A stretch of 64,000 bases of DNA from Octopus vulgaris (taxonomy: Eukaryota), in NCBI GenBank assembly GCA_951406725.2, contig OX597819.1, forward strand, positions 97,588,001 to 97,652,000, written 5' to 3'. The notes beneath the pieces were generated by a model, which was given only the letters and a program-made list of their open reading frames with translations, was not told the DNA's origin and searched no databases. Positions 25,061-37,807 of this stretch are shown piece by piece (the stretch's first letter is position 1; each line of letters opens with the position of its first letter). Position numbers and translations under genes: made by a program.

Positions 25061-25934
25061 TTATTGTTTAGTTCTTATTATTTCTGTAGTCAATTACACA
25101 ACATTTAAATACAAAGAAAAAAAAAAGTAAGATAAAAAGGAAAAGAAAGAAAAAAGGGGCGGACAAAGCAGCAGAAGATGGAGGGGAGGAGGCAATGGGC
25201 TACATACCCCGGGACAGATGCTGTGCCCAACAGTGGCCCACGGTAACGACTTCAATGGCGTTGCCGCGGAAAGGCCAGCTACACTCGCTGCAGCAGCCAC
25301 TCCACCTGGCGGGGCTCATTTCTTACACAGGACGCCCTTATCCCGATTTTGTGGAGGAGGAAATCGGTAGTACGGAGTCGGAGAACAGTTTTTAGACTTA
25401 ATAAATATAAGCAGCTATTTGCTGGACTCTGAACAGAGCCAGGAATGAAATCGCTGAGAGTGCTCGAATTTTCGAACGTTGTGAATATTAGATAATTTCT
25501 CGTTGCTTGAGCACGCGTTCCCTCCTCTCTCTCACAGACACGCATACAAACATATCGTATACACTGTTGCTAAATGAACTTTCCAACTTCGAGTTGCCTA
25601 ATCAGCAACCAGAACTATAAATATAGTAATCCATCAATGGTTTTCGTTACAACACACTAAAATGGTCAGCTGGTAGCAATAGATTTCTCTGAGTTCTTTG
25701 ATTTTTTTTTCTATTTGAAAAGGGAAATCTTTCCCGAAATGTTAAAGAGTCTCTGAAACCACGTGGTTCTTTGAGTCGTTTTTTAACTCCCATTTCTAGC
25801 AATGTTGGTACTACTTTGTACCCTTGTTTATTAATATATATATATATAATTTTATTTCAAGACAGACCCATTTTTTTAGCACTGGCATTGAGAAAAGAAA
25901 CTACCATCCAACCCAAATACTACAGGTAAGTTCA

Positions 25935-26275
25935 GTCCCAGTGCGTAGCACTTTGGACAAGTGTCTTCTACTATAGCTCCAGGTCGACCAAAGACTTGTG
26001 AACGGATTCGTTGACGGAAACTGAAAAAGACCCATCATACATACACATGTGTGTGTGTATATATATGTATATATATGTGCGTATATGTGCGTGTTTGTCC
26101 CCTACCACTACTTGTCAGTGCTGGTTTGTTTACCTGCGCCGTAACTTAGGGACCGACAGAATAAGTGGGATCAATTGGTGCAACTAAAAAAACCTTCATG
26201 GCGATGCCCCAGCATGGCGATGCCCCAGCATGGCGATGCCCCAGTAGTTCATTGACTAAAACAAATAAAAGATAA
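25935..26275 (+). mobile_element. SINE copy (microsatellite-containing family)
   Basis: Same conserved blocks as 23217-23705, with a triplicated ATGGCGATGCCCCAG. Confidence 0.7.
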
Positions 26276-26839
26276 AGTTGTGAAAATCTTCATATCATGG
26301 TTGCTGATATTGGTATCTTAAAATGACACGCTATAGTATGACGCAGATCAATCTAACTGCTTTGATAGGAAAGTCTCTCAGTTTAATACTCACACATAGA
26401 TAATGTGATTATTATATTTGGCGAATGTAACATCAGACGTAGTTGCTAACATTTTACAAGAACGTTGTGAGACCTCTTCATACTGACAAAATAACTTTCT
26501 CTCTGAAGTTAGATATTTCCAGGAAACAGAATTCTGCAAAGACAACTGCTCTTACTGGTACAATTAATTTTGATAGGAAATTCAATGTGAACAGGTTTCA
26601 TGGTATAATGGGAGCCTTCCTTCCTTAAGAATACCTCGGAGATTTTCTTATGGTAGTGAAATAGTTAGTTTTTAACTGCTATTTCTAAATTTCGGTATGT
26701 GGTGGAGCAAGTTTTTGCTGAACCCTAATTATAATTATACTCATAATTATAAAAAAAATTTGTATAAGTTTACCGATAATGGTTCTTTTAACATAATGGT
26801 TAAATTATTAATATTAATTAATTAATTAATTTTACGCTT

Positions 26840-26929
<90 letters not shown>

Positions 26930-27127
26930 TGGGAGAATTCACAAAAAAAACAAACAAAAGACGAAGACAGGTGGTGTAGACAACAAACAGATGTATTAGT
27001 ATAACGCTCGGGAAGTGAAAAAGTCTTTAAACATTTTGAGCCTACGCTTTTCCACAGAAAGGAACACAGAAAGAAACAAAGAGAGAAAATAAAGAATGTG
27101 TAGTGACTAGCGAATATATATATATAT

Positions 27128-28370
27128 GATTGATTGATTGATTGATTGATTCTAGTTTCAGCTTATGAGCTGTGGCCATGCTGGGGCACCGCCATTTGGT
27201 GTTGCTACTTGGTTTCACTTCATGGAGGCTTTCTAGCAACTGCTATTTGGTGCATGAGAGAGTTCGATGCAGCTGCCCTCATCTGCCCCTCCTGCCGTGA
27301 AGTTGGTTCATCTGGGACACCTGACAGGAAGAGATCCAGCTCCATTTTAAAGACATCTGTATCCACCCCATGCAGGTCTCTCAGGTTCTTCGGGAGGATA
27401 TTGAAGAGCTGTGGGCCTCGGAAGCCCAGGCTATCACAGAATCTTGTCCTACATCTTGATGGCAAGTTTGGAGTCCTAGGCACCACGCAGTGGCGCCCAG
27501 TTCTGGCATTTGCGTAACTCTCGATGCCAAAGTTCAGGACACTTCCCTCCAGGATCTTCCAGATGTATATTATGGCATATCTTTCCCGCCTACGCTCCAG
27601 GGAATATAATTTTAATCTCTTGAGTCTTTCCCAGTAGCTTACATTCTGCATAGAGGCTATCTTCTTCGTGTAGCTTCGTTGGATCGCCTCAAGTTCTGTG
27701 ATCAACTTGACACTGGATGGTGACCATAGCTGAGAGCAATAGTCAAAGTGGCTTAGGACAAGTGTCTTCCAGAGGACCATCATGGTTTCTTGTTCTCTTG
27801 TTCTAAAGGTTCTAAGAATCCAGCCAGCCAGCCGTCTGCATTTCATTGTCAGTTTAGCAACATGTACATGAAAGGTCGCGTCATCACTCATGTGAATACC
27901 CAGGTCACGCACTGATTGTGCCTCTGGGATTGCAATCCCTCCGGGTCCAGTGTATTCCTTGGGTATTGCATTCAGTTTTGCATGCTGATAGTATAAAGCT
28001 TGAAACTTTTCAGCATTGAACTGCATGCTATTCTTTTCAGCCCACTTGTATATTTCGTCCAGCTCATATTGCAGGTGCTTAGTGTCTTCAGGGTTCTGTA
28101 TTGCCTGTGAAACTTTTGTATCATCTGCATAACTTGTGATCGTGGCTCTCCGCGTGGCTGAGGGCATGTCTGAGAGGGCCATTATGAACAGTAGTGGTCC
28201 CAAAACAGTGCCCTGTGGAACACCGCTCACTATTTGCGTGCTAATGGAAGTGGCCCCATTGGCTACTACCACCTGACTTCTATTCTTCAGAAAGTCGTGA
28301 AGCCATTCTCCTAGTTTTCCAACTATGCCAAGATCACGCAGTTTGTGACATATCATTCCATGATCGACTT
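27128..28370 (-). mobile_element. 5'-truncated CR1/L2-group LINE with uninterrupted RT C-terminal half
   Basis: ORF 27220-28370 has KVDHG, SGVPQGTVLGPLLF, SYADDTK, DLGI and YSLERRRERY. 3' end GGCGGTGCCCCAGCATGGCCACAGCTCATAAGCTGAAACTAG(AATC)n. Confidence 0.92.
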
Positions 28371-28381
28371 TATATATATAT

Positions 28382-28413
<32 letters not shown>

Positions 28414-28549
28414 GCATACACACATACACGACAGAAGTAAATAGACATCGCATAAATCATCGTGTTATGTTTATTCTAACTTGTAAAAGTTTATATTTTT
28501 TATTAATTGACATTTTTATGTTTCAGATTCTGTATGTGACTGTTTAATC

Positions 28550-29546
28550 CTGCCATGTAGAAAAGAAACCTTGGAATTGTCTGAATTTCAAAGAGACCGT
28601 ATTGTGGGCGTAGCGTAAAATCGCAGAAAACATTGGGATCTCGCTTTCTATAGTTAATAGAGTGATTGTGCAATTCACCAGAGAGGAGAAGGGGTCCACA
28701 TCACCTCGTTCAGATTGACTAGGTCTCTTGACAGGCCTCTTCTCTTTGTTACGAGAAGTGTGGAGGATAATCCTCTTTGCAAGGCCTCTGACATAGTAGA
28801 ACAAGTTGATGTCAGTCCCAGAACAGTTGTCAGGTATCTCCACAAACTTGGTTACTATGGCAGAGTAGCAAGAAGGAAGCCACTTCTTCGACCAGCTAAC
28901 ATCAAGCGGAGAAAAGACTGGGCTAGTGAGATGGTAGAGAGGCCAATAGCATTTTGAGACACTGTCATATTCTCTGATGAGTCCAGATTTCCTGTATTTC
29001 CTGAAAGTGGTCGAGTGTAGGTCTGGAAACACTGTGATCAAGAATTTAATGTGAAAAGATTGCAGCCAACAATGGAACACGGCAGCTATTCTGTGATGGT
29101 GTGGTGAGCAATTTGAAGTAATGGTTGATCTGAACAGGTGAAATATGAGGGAAACATAAACCCAGATAAATATATGTACACATTGCAGAAAGGACTCCTT
29201 CCAATCTTCTCCAGTAGTGAAATGATTAAAGAAGACTATTGATGGAAGATGAAGCTCCTTGTCACACGGCTAAAATGACTCAAGATTTGTTGTATGAGAA
29301 TGGCATTAAAAAGTTTCCATGGCCAAGCCAGTCACCAGATATGAATCCTATTGAACAACTCTGGGACATAATGGACAGGATACTTTATAAAAAGAAAAAG
29401 AAAGCATCTTCAAAGCCAGTTCTTTTGAGATTACTGCATGAAACTTGACAAGAAGTTCCGCAAGAAAATATTCGTAATCTGATCAGTAGCTTGCCTAATA
29501 GGGTCCTTGCATTGAAAATGCAAAGGGCATGTCTACTAAATATTAA
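28550..29546 (+). mobile_element. Second Tc1-family transposase pseudogene
   Basis: GRVARRKPLL, FSDESRF, EDEAPCHTAK, WPSQSPDMNPIEQLW and GMSTKY*; no TIRs recognised. Confidence 0.85.
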
Positions 29547-29601
29547 TCCAACCCTATACACACACACACATATACATACATACACACACATATAAATATG
29601 T

Positions 29602-29680
<79 letters not shown>

Positions 29681-29747
29681 GGTCCCGGGTTGATTCAGGG
29701 GTTAACCACAGTAAGTAAGGTACTCAATACATAGCAGAGTAAAATTA

Positions 29748-29876
29748 ATTTATTATATAGAAGGAGCTTCTACAGGACTAGTACTGTTTCATTCAAGAGA
29801 AATCTTCAGGAAGCTTCCTGAAGATTTCTCTTGAATGAAACAGTACTAGTCCTGTAAAGCTCCTTCTATATAATAA

Positions 29877-29878
<2 letters not shown>
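29748..29878. repeat. Spacerless 131-bp palindrome (Penelope-like end fragment)
   Basis: Inverted repeat centred on AAGCTT (29811-29816) with one indel; contains CTGAAGA...GAAAC; lies between (TA)n tracts. Confidence 0.85.
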
Positions 29879-29939
<61 letters not shown>

Positions 29940-29969
29940 CATACATACATACATACATACATACATACA

Positions 29970-30004
<35 letters not shown>

Positions 30005-30017
30005 TTCCTCTCACACC

Positions 30018-30069
30018 GTCTCCGACGAAGGAATATTATTAATTAATATACTAGAAATAGCTGTAAGAC
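30018..30069 (+). ncRNA. Degenerate type I hammerhead ribozyme motif
   Basis: GTCT-CCGACGA-[AT-rich hairpin]-GAAA-TAGCTG-TA-AGAC. Stem I is GTCT/AGAC; U4>C and a stem III mismatch are present. Confidence 0.45.
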
Positions 30070-30138
30070 CTTCTATCTATAAATGCTCTAATATCTATAC
30101 AGCTTGTTTTTTTTTATCTTATTACGCAAAAAATTCTT

Positions 30139-30170
<32 letters not shown>

Positions 30171-30201
30171 GCACACACACATATATATATATATACATAC
30201 A

Positions 30202-30234
<33 letters not shown>

Positions 30235-30579
30235 GATGACGGCTGCAAACTCGTGTTCGAGTATTGGCATCGCCTCATCGAAAGTCCCACAAATGCGTAG
30301 GTCTTACAATTTTTCCAGCGATGCCTGTACATCATCTTTTATAGTGGGGAAAGCATTTACACAAATCCAATCCCATTCTCTGAACATGGACAACATACAC
30401 TCGAAGAACTAATCAACATCATCGAATACTGTCAGTGTCGTAGGTTTTCTTTCAAAGTTTCCTTCTCCTAGAGAGATACTGTGGCTACAACAGTGGGGCA
30501 ACCGCGCGCCTGGAAGCAACCCAGGTATATCCACGTATGTATATATATACATACAAACATACATACATACATACATACA

Positions 30580-30613
<34 letters not shown>

Positions 30614-30619
30614 CATACA

Positions 30620-30674
<55 letters not shown>

Positions 30675-30679
<5 letters not shown>

Positions 30680-31342
30680 TTAAAATTACTAAGTCTCTCT
30701 AAAAGAGAACAGCGGCAGCGTTCCCGGAAAATAATAGTTATCGCCATACTAATATGGCATTCTTATAAAAATAAGAATAAAGCTGTCCGCTTATTAGCTC
30801 CATGAGGCCATCGCCTTAAGTTAGCTATTTGATACACAAACTGTATCCATATAATGTTCGAAGGTTATATGGATACAGTTTGTGTATCAAATAGCTAACT
30901 TAAGGCGATGGCCTCATGGAGCTAATAAGCGGACAGCTTTATTCTTATTTTTATAAGAATGCCATATTATATGGCGATAACTATTATTTTCCGGGAACGC
31001 TGCCGCTGTTCTCTTTAGAGAGACTTAGTAATTTTAATATTTCTATTATTGAAAACAAGTGGATGTATTTCACCGAAACTAGGTAAATAAAACCATCGAA
31101 CAGAGATTGTCGGAAGCGACACCTACTGGCTGGCTACGCTGCATTGAAAAGGGGCAATACCCCGAAACGCGTCTGTAGCTGCCGGTCAAGTAGTGTGGAG
31201 CGACTGACCTCCCTTGTTCGAAGGTTATATGGATACAGTTTGTGTATCAAATAGCTAACTTAAGGCGATGGCCTCATGGAGCTAATAAGCGGACAGCTTT
31301 ATTCTTATTTTTATAAGAATGCCATATTAGTATGGCGATAAC

Positions 31343-31348
<6 letters not shown>
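30675..31348 (+). mobile_element. Penelope/retrozyme-like element: 180-bp 5' inversion + ~1.4 tandem copies of a 360-bp unit
   Basis: 30675-30854 is the reverse complement of 30865-31042; 30855-~30990 repeats directly at 31215-31348; flanked by (TA)n. Confidence 0.8.
31123..31193 (+). ncRNA. Type I hammerhead ribozyme, U3-A8 core variant
   Basis: GCTGCA-TTGAAAA-GGGG CAATA CCCC-GAA-ACGCGT-C^-TGTAGC. Distal stem I TGGCTGGC/GCCGGTCA and CTACT/AGTAG; predicted cleavage after 31173. Confidence 0.82.
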
Positions 31349-31391
<43 letters not shown>

Positions 31392-31436
31392 CACATACAT
31401 ACATACATACATACATACATACATACATACATACAT

Positions 31437-31486
<50 letters not shown>

Positions 31487-31519
31487 GTATTATGCATGTA
31501 TATATGTGCGTGTGTTTAT

Positions 31520-31742
31520 GTGCGTACATGTTTGTGTCTGTGTTTGTCCCCACCAACATCGCTTGTTAACCGGTGCTTGTGCGTTTACGTCCCCGTAAGT
31601 TAACGGTTCGGCAAAGATACCGATAGAATAAGTACTACGCTTACAAAGAATTAGTCCTGGTGTCGATTTGCTCGACTGAAGGCAGGCGGTGATCCAGCAT
31701 GGTCGCAGTCAAATGACTGAAACAAGTAAAAGAATAAAAGAA
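31520..31742 (+). mobile_element. SINE 3' half
   Basis: TTTGTCCCCACC...GTCCCCGTAA...CAGCATGGTCGCAGTCAAATGACTGAAACAAGTAAAAG. Confidence 0.75.
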
Positions 31743-31747
31743 TATAC

Positions 31748-31809
<62 letters not shown>

Positions 31810-31844
31810 GTATATATCTATATAGCTATCTATCTATCTATCTT

Positions 31845-31885
<41 letters not shown>

Positions 31886-31912
31886 ATATATATATATATA
31901 TATATATATTAC

Positions 31913-31946
<34 letters not shown>

Positions 31947-32154
31947 ACATATATATTCATATATATACATATATACATATATAGCACACAAAAAATACAT
32001 ACGCACATACACACACGTATATAATATTTGTTTATCTACCTACCTATCTGCCTACCTACCCACCCACCCAACTACCTACCTACTTACCTACCTACCTATC
32101 TGCCTACCTACCTACCTACCTACCTACCTATCTGTCTGTCTGTCGGCCTGTCTG

Positions 32155-32208
<54 letters not shown>

Positions 32209-32843
32209 CATACACAAATACCCGTCCATACATAAATCCCAACACTCACACATACACATATGTGCGTACATATACATGCATGCATTACTGTTCGCACCCA
32301 CATAATGCGTGTGTGCATACTTGTTTGTGTTTAGCAGCCGACACCAAGACTCCATTGAAATATGTGGATCTGTCAAACCACCCAGCTCGATTTGACATGA
32401 ATTATTCAATTGAGTTTGTATAAATTATGACAACAGTGATTTGTCTGTTTGCCGTAGATCGGTGAACAATTTGCTCACGAGACACTGACGTTGCAAAATT
32501 ATCATTTAGCCTAAATTCTTGAAGATAAGACACCGCAGTCAAATGACTGTCAGGCCATAACTTTTGAAAGTTATCGCTGTATAAATGTGTATGTTTCCTC
32601 TTGAAAATTTGTTATATGTCGACCACACGCATTCATACACACATCAAGCCGGCCATTGACAGTCTTAGCTTGTCCTGCCAACATTCAAGACACGCGTGCA
32701 CTTCATATTTAGCCCTTCGTTCAACATACATACATACATACATACATACATACATACATACATACATACATACATACATACATACAATACATATATATAT
32801 ACATATATATATATCAGAGAAAAAGTGTACGTACGCCGCTATG

Positions 32844-32898
<55 letters not shown>

Positions 32899-33037
32899 GA
32901 AAGATGAATAATCTTGTTGCAGATTAATCAAAAGTTTAGCCGATACCTTGGTAGCAAAAATCACAGCAGAAGACAGCACGGTTGGAGGTACAACCATATG
33001 GTGTTGCAACCGTGCGTTGGTGCAGATAATTGATCAC

Positions 33038-33088
<51 letters not shown>

Positions 33089-33635
33089 CAAAATGGGACA
33101 AGAACGCAAAACATCCGGACAACTAGATGATACAAAAAGGGACAACAAAACATCTAGATAGACGATACAAAAAAACAAGGACGGGTCATTCGAAGCTTTC
33201 TATCCTCAGTCAAGAACCGGATCATCTTCGCATGTATATATACACATTTAATATTTGACTTGTCATTCAAGATACACGTACATTTCATCGTTACTAACGT
33301 TATTTTGCGTTAAAGTTCTCTACCAGTTGCTTTGCATACATTTCATATTTTGTCAATCATTCATGATATATGTATATTTCATCAAGTTCATTTCACCATT
33401 AAATATATATGTACATATCAGTCCTAGCATTGTTATGTTTGTGTTAAAGCTCCCTACCATGTGCTATGTGTACATTTCATACTTTGGTTTTTTGCATCCC
33501 CGTAACCTACGAGTTCGGCCGAAGAGACCGATAGAATAAATGTTAGGCTTTAAAAAATAAATTCCTTCGATTAGAACCCTTCAAGGCGGTGCCCCAACAT
33601 GGTCGCATTCCAATGACTGGAACACGTAATATATA

Positions 33636-34026
33636 TTCTTTTATTCTTTTACTTGTTTCAGTCATTTGACTGCGGCCATACTGGTGCACTGCCTTGAAGG
33701 GTTTTAGTCGAACAAATCGACCCCAGGACTTATTTCTTAAGTCTAATACTTATTCTATCGGTATCTTTGCCGAACCGCTAGGTTATGGGGGCGTTAACAT
33801 ACCAACACTGGTTGTCAAGCGGTGATGTGGGGACAAACACAGACACAAAACGCACACCACACACATAGATGTATATACACATACATACATACATACATGC
33901 ATACATTCCTTTCTGTCGAAGAGCGTAGGCTCGAAACGTAAAAGACTTTCTCACTTCCCGATCGTTAAACTAATACATCTTATTTACGCACCCATCTTCG
34001 TTTTTTGTTTCTTTGTAAATTCTCAC

Positions 34027-34090
<64 letters not shown>

Positions 34091-34245
34091 TGAATTCTTT
34101 CAGTTTCCGTCTACCAAATCCTCTCACAAGACTTTGGTCGGCCCGAGGCTATAGTAGAAGACATTTGCCCTATGTGCCACACAGGAGAACCGAACCCAGG
34201 ACCATATGGTTGGAAAGCAAGCGTCTTACCCCACAGCCACGCCAT
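33636..34245 (-). mobile_element. SINE whose internal microsatellite hosts a Penelope-like fragment
   Basis: The SINE 3' half (33636-33850) and 5' half (34095-34245) are separated by (CATA)n, a 33905-34030 insert and (TA)n. Confidence 0.75.
33909..33944 (+). ncRNA. Minimal Penelope-type hammerhead-like motif (A6>U, probably inactive)
   Basis: CTTT-CTGTCGA-AGAGCGTAGGCTC-GAA-ACGT-A-AAAG; more decayed relatives at ~27020-27062 (-) and ~43362-43398 (+). Confidence 0.45.
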
Positions 34246-34252
34246 GAATATA

Positions 34253-34303
<51 letters not shown>

Positions 34304-35152
34304 ACACTTAGTTATTACTGAAGTATATCTGATGTCCAACAATGACTTCTTTCTTTATTGTTGTTACCATAGTAAGCTTTAATCAAATTATTTCAATATT
34401 GAAATATTGAAATATCAACTTTAAGTTACGTCATTGGTGGAGAAGATGGATGAGATAAATTCTATAAAAGTGTACTTTGTGGATTTTCTGCATAGAATGT
34501 ACTTTGTTCATGTAATCATTTTTGACTACATTTCTGAAGCTCCCTAAATTTATTTCACTTGCAAAAATGGGCAGAGCTCTGGGAAAGAGTAAAAAAGGGT
34601 AGAAAAGAAAGCTCATTACTACTTTACTATAACAACTTGAGAGAGTGTGAGAGAGAAGGAGAAAAGGAGAGAGAGAAAGATAGAAGTAGAGATAGTGATA
34701 GAGATAGATAAATAGATAGATAGAGAGTGAGAGTGAGTGAGAGAGAGAGTGAGGGACGAAGAGGAAAATCATGAAGAAATTACTCCTATCACATCACAAT
34801 GATATGAGGCTTCAAGCGAGATTTTCGCTTCTGTACTAAAAAAGGATGTTGTTTAATATCACTTAGGCCGTCACGTTGGAAGTTTAGGAATTTCCACTTG
34901 ACGGAAAGAAGAGGAAATGAAGAAGAGGAAATGGTTTAGGAGTGGACAGCGGTGGGGTGGATAATCAAAGAACATCTGTTGTTTCATGCAATTTCATCAT
35001 TGTCATTGTTTTTCAAATTTTTGAATAAGGCACTTTAATCCCGAAATATTAAGCTTTAAGATATAATATCTATATATAAGAGTAAATGGATGAGATTAGA
35101 TTGTATAAATGTACTGTATGGCTTTCTTTTATCTGCACACACACATACACAG

Positions 35153-35186
<34 letters not shown>

Positions 35187-35232
35187 ACGCACACAGACAC
35201 AAGCACATACATCCACACAACATAGGAACTCG

Positions 35233-36409
35233 TCTATACATACATAAACGGCAGTCTGTTTGGTTGTGTTTGTTTGTGTCAAGTTGCGGTCTACACCCGT
35301 AAACGAATCTTCATGAAACTTTGCATACATATTATACTAACATCCCGTTTGTTATGAGGCTAATTGCAATTTAATAAAAATCTATAATTGGACGACTATG
35401 GCCCCTAGAATGGGTCCAGTTATAACCTATTTTCTTTTAACGGCCAAAGGGAAATAACCCATTTAGTTTTATGTATTTTTTTCTTTTGCCCACTGGTCAT
35501 TTCTACCTCCATTTATTAGAGAAGCAATATCATTAGAATGACCGGCTGCCATTGATTACGTTGTATAAATACTTGTGCTTTCTACATTATATGGACTTTC
35601 TTACAAGAAGTTGTTAGATAAGGTCAGTGATACTATCAATCTAACCCCTGTCTTAAGTCAATATATAAATTTAATAGCATTTCATACACCTACCTAAGCT
35701 CTTTAATTTAAAGCAAATTTAAGTAAAATCTCACCATGGGTTATGGAGATATCAATGTCATAACTTATTTGCAAATTTTACCATTAGCGTACTCTTTCTA
35801 TGGCAACTGTGCAAAAAATTTTCCAAATATTACATTTTATTTGGTATCGCACTTTACCAAGAACAACCCTTAAACAAGTAAAAAGTATTTTCCTCAACAA
35901 CAGGTCCACTTATTTCGGTTAGTGATTTATTCGTGAATATACCATGACTGACGATGCCTTTCATGTCATCTTCAGCCATTTGACAGGCGCTGCATGAAGA
36001 ACTTTTCAGAGTTACTTACTTTGAATTGTTATTATCTCATATCCGATTTGCCTGTTATTACATAACATGCTTCATGATTTTGGTATACATGCCTTATTAC
36101 TATTTCTCTTAAGTTCTATATACTCTGGGAACACATTTTCAGGGCTACTTTATTTGAGTTGTTACTATCAGGTAACCAATTTGCATGTTATTACGTAACT
36201 GACTTCACGATTTTGGTGTTCATAACTTACTGAGATTTCCTAAAAATAAGATCCTATGTAAGACGGTTCGGTATTCTCTGTAAATTCACAAAAACCGTTT
36301 TAAGGGTCACATACTTTGTATTGTTGCTATTAGATTAGCGAAACAATTACGAGAACGGGACCAGGGTATGAGCCCCGCTTTTCCGAGAATTATCGGGTAC
36401 GTCAGCTAG
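35233..36409 (+). mobile_element. Non-autonomous Helitron-like element (~1.18 kb)
   Basis: 5' TCTATACATACATAAACGG...TTCATGAAACTTTGCA; 3' hairpin CCGA-GAATTA-TCGG followed by CTAG|T; internal homology to ~55800-57720. Confidence 0.7.
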
Positions 36410-36636
36410 TATATATATATATATATATATATATAAACAATGATAAATATCAAAGTGAGTTATATACAGTAGCGGTAACACATCGTGACGTATATTTGCC
36501 ATCTCAATATGGCTACCCCTAAGGGTGGATGCTACTGTAGTTTTTAGCCCCAGGAGGACACACTCCTCCAGCTGGCCATAGACACACTTTCTGTGTCCTG
36601 TCAGTATTTGCAAAGGGAAGTCATCCTTCCCGTCTT

Positions 36637-36706
36637 CAACTTATGATACACACGGACTCGAGTTTCGAGGTATTGACCTCTCGTCAGCGTGTGACAATCA
36701 TAGTTG
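36637..36706 (-). ncRNA. Type I hammerhead ribozyme, canonical core (downstream copy)
   Basis: CAAC-TATGAT-TGT-CACACG-CTGACGA-GAGGT CAAT ACCTC-GAA-ACTCGAGT-C^-CGTGTG-T-ATCATA-A-GTTG; predicted cleavage 36655/36654. Confidence 0.9.
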
Positions 36707-36988
36707 TCGGCGAGAATTAGATTTCCTTCACAAATACTTATACTTTTTCCAGCGTCCACTGTCGCTGATATTGAAAAAGTGAAATCAAACAATGATAAAT
36801 ATCAAAGTGAGTTATATACAGTAGCGGTAACACATCGTGACGTATATTTGCCATCTCGATATGGCTACCCCTAAGGGTGGATGCTACTGTAGTTTTTAGC
36901 CCCAGGAGGACACACTCCTCCAGCTGGCCATAGACACACTTTCTGTGTCCTGTCAGTATTTGCAAAGGGAAGTCATCCTTCCCGTCTT

Positions 36989-37058
36989 CAACTTATGATA
37001 CACACGGACTCGAGTTTCGAGGTATTGACCTCTCGTCAGCGTGTGACAATCATAGTTG
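36989..37058 (-). ncRNA. Type I hammerhead ribozyme, canonical core (upstream copy)
   Basis: Identical to 36637-36706; predicted cleavage 37007/37006. Confidence 0.9.
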
Positions 37059-37106
37059 TCGGCGAGAATTAGATTTCCTTCACAAATACTTATACTTTTT
37101 CCAGCG

Positions 37107-37137
<31 letters not shown>

Positions 37138-37347
37138 GTGTGTGTATGTGCGCGCGCGCGTGTGTAGTTAAAGTCCTGAAGAGGAAACGTCTTCGAAGGT
37201 TAAGGATTGGGAAATCTTCCTGCTTTCGGCAATTCACTCTTTGTATCAGATGGATGTCATCAGCTGTGTTTTACAGATCATGGCTGTCATACCATCCTAT
37301 GATTTTGTGTCAATAATAATAACAATAATAATAAAAATATTTTTAAA

Positions 37348-37395
<48 letters not shown>

Positions 37396-37595
37396 TTATT
37401 CTTTTTATTGGCCACAATGGCTGACACACATGATTATAAAACATAAAGGGACAAAATAGGACGAAAGGTTACAAAGGGTTTTGTCTGTTTGGGAAAAAAA
37501 TCGAGTAAAAACTGTATAACAATCAAATAATAATAACAATGAAAAACTCCCAAAAGAGGGAGGCGTTACGAAAGGTTCCTGGTGGAAAAAAACCC

Positions 37596-37650
<55 letters not shown>

Positions 37651-37807
37651 GGAATCGCTACATGTCCCACCTTCTGTATAAATCGTAACATTTCTGTTGT
37701 AATTCCTGATGGAATTCACTTGACTCATGTTGTTGCACAATGAACAGTGCTTAACTCTCTTGCAGCTGTTTTTCAAGGTACAGCATGCAAATACTCCAAT
37801 AATAGTT

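Larger units (their letters stand above)
36435..37107 (-). mobile_element. Retrozyme-like tandem: 1.9 near-identical copies of a 352-bp unit in (TA)n
   Basis: 36435-36755 repeats at 36787-37107 (one substitution seen); each copy carries a hammerhead; (TA)n on both sides. Confidence 0.88.

Noticed and set aside
33175-33215. CTGAGGA/CTGAAGA...GAAT motifs (also ~43605-43640) on the minus strand
   Set aside because: GAAT instead of GAAA and no matching stem I; noted only as a repeated Penelope-like fragment.
37173-37205. CTGAAGA...CGAAG hammerhead-like string
   Set aside because: Lacks GAAA and a credible stem III.
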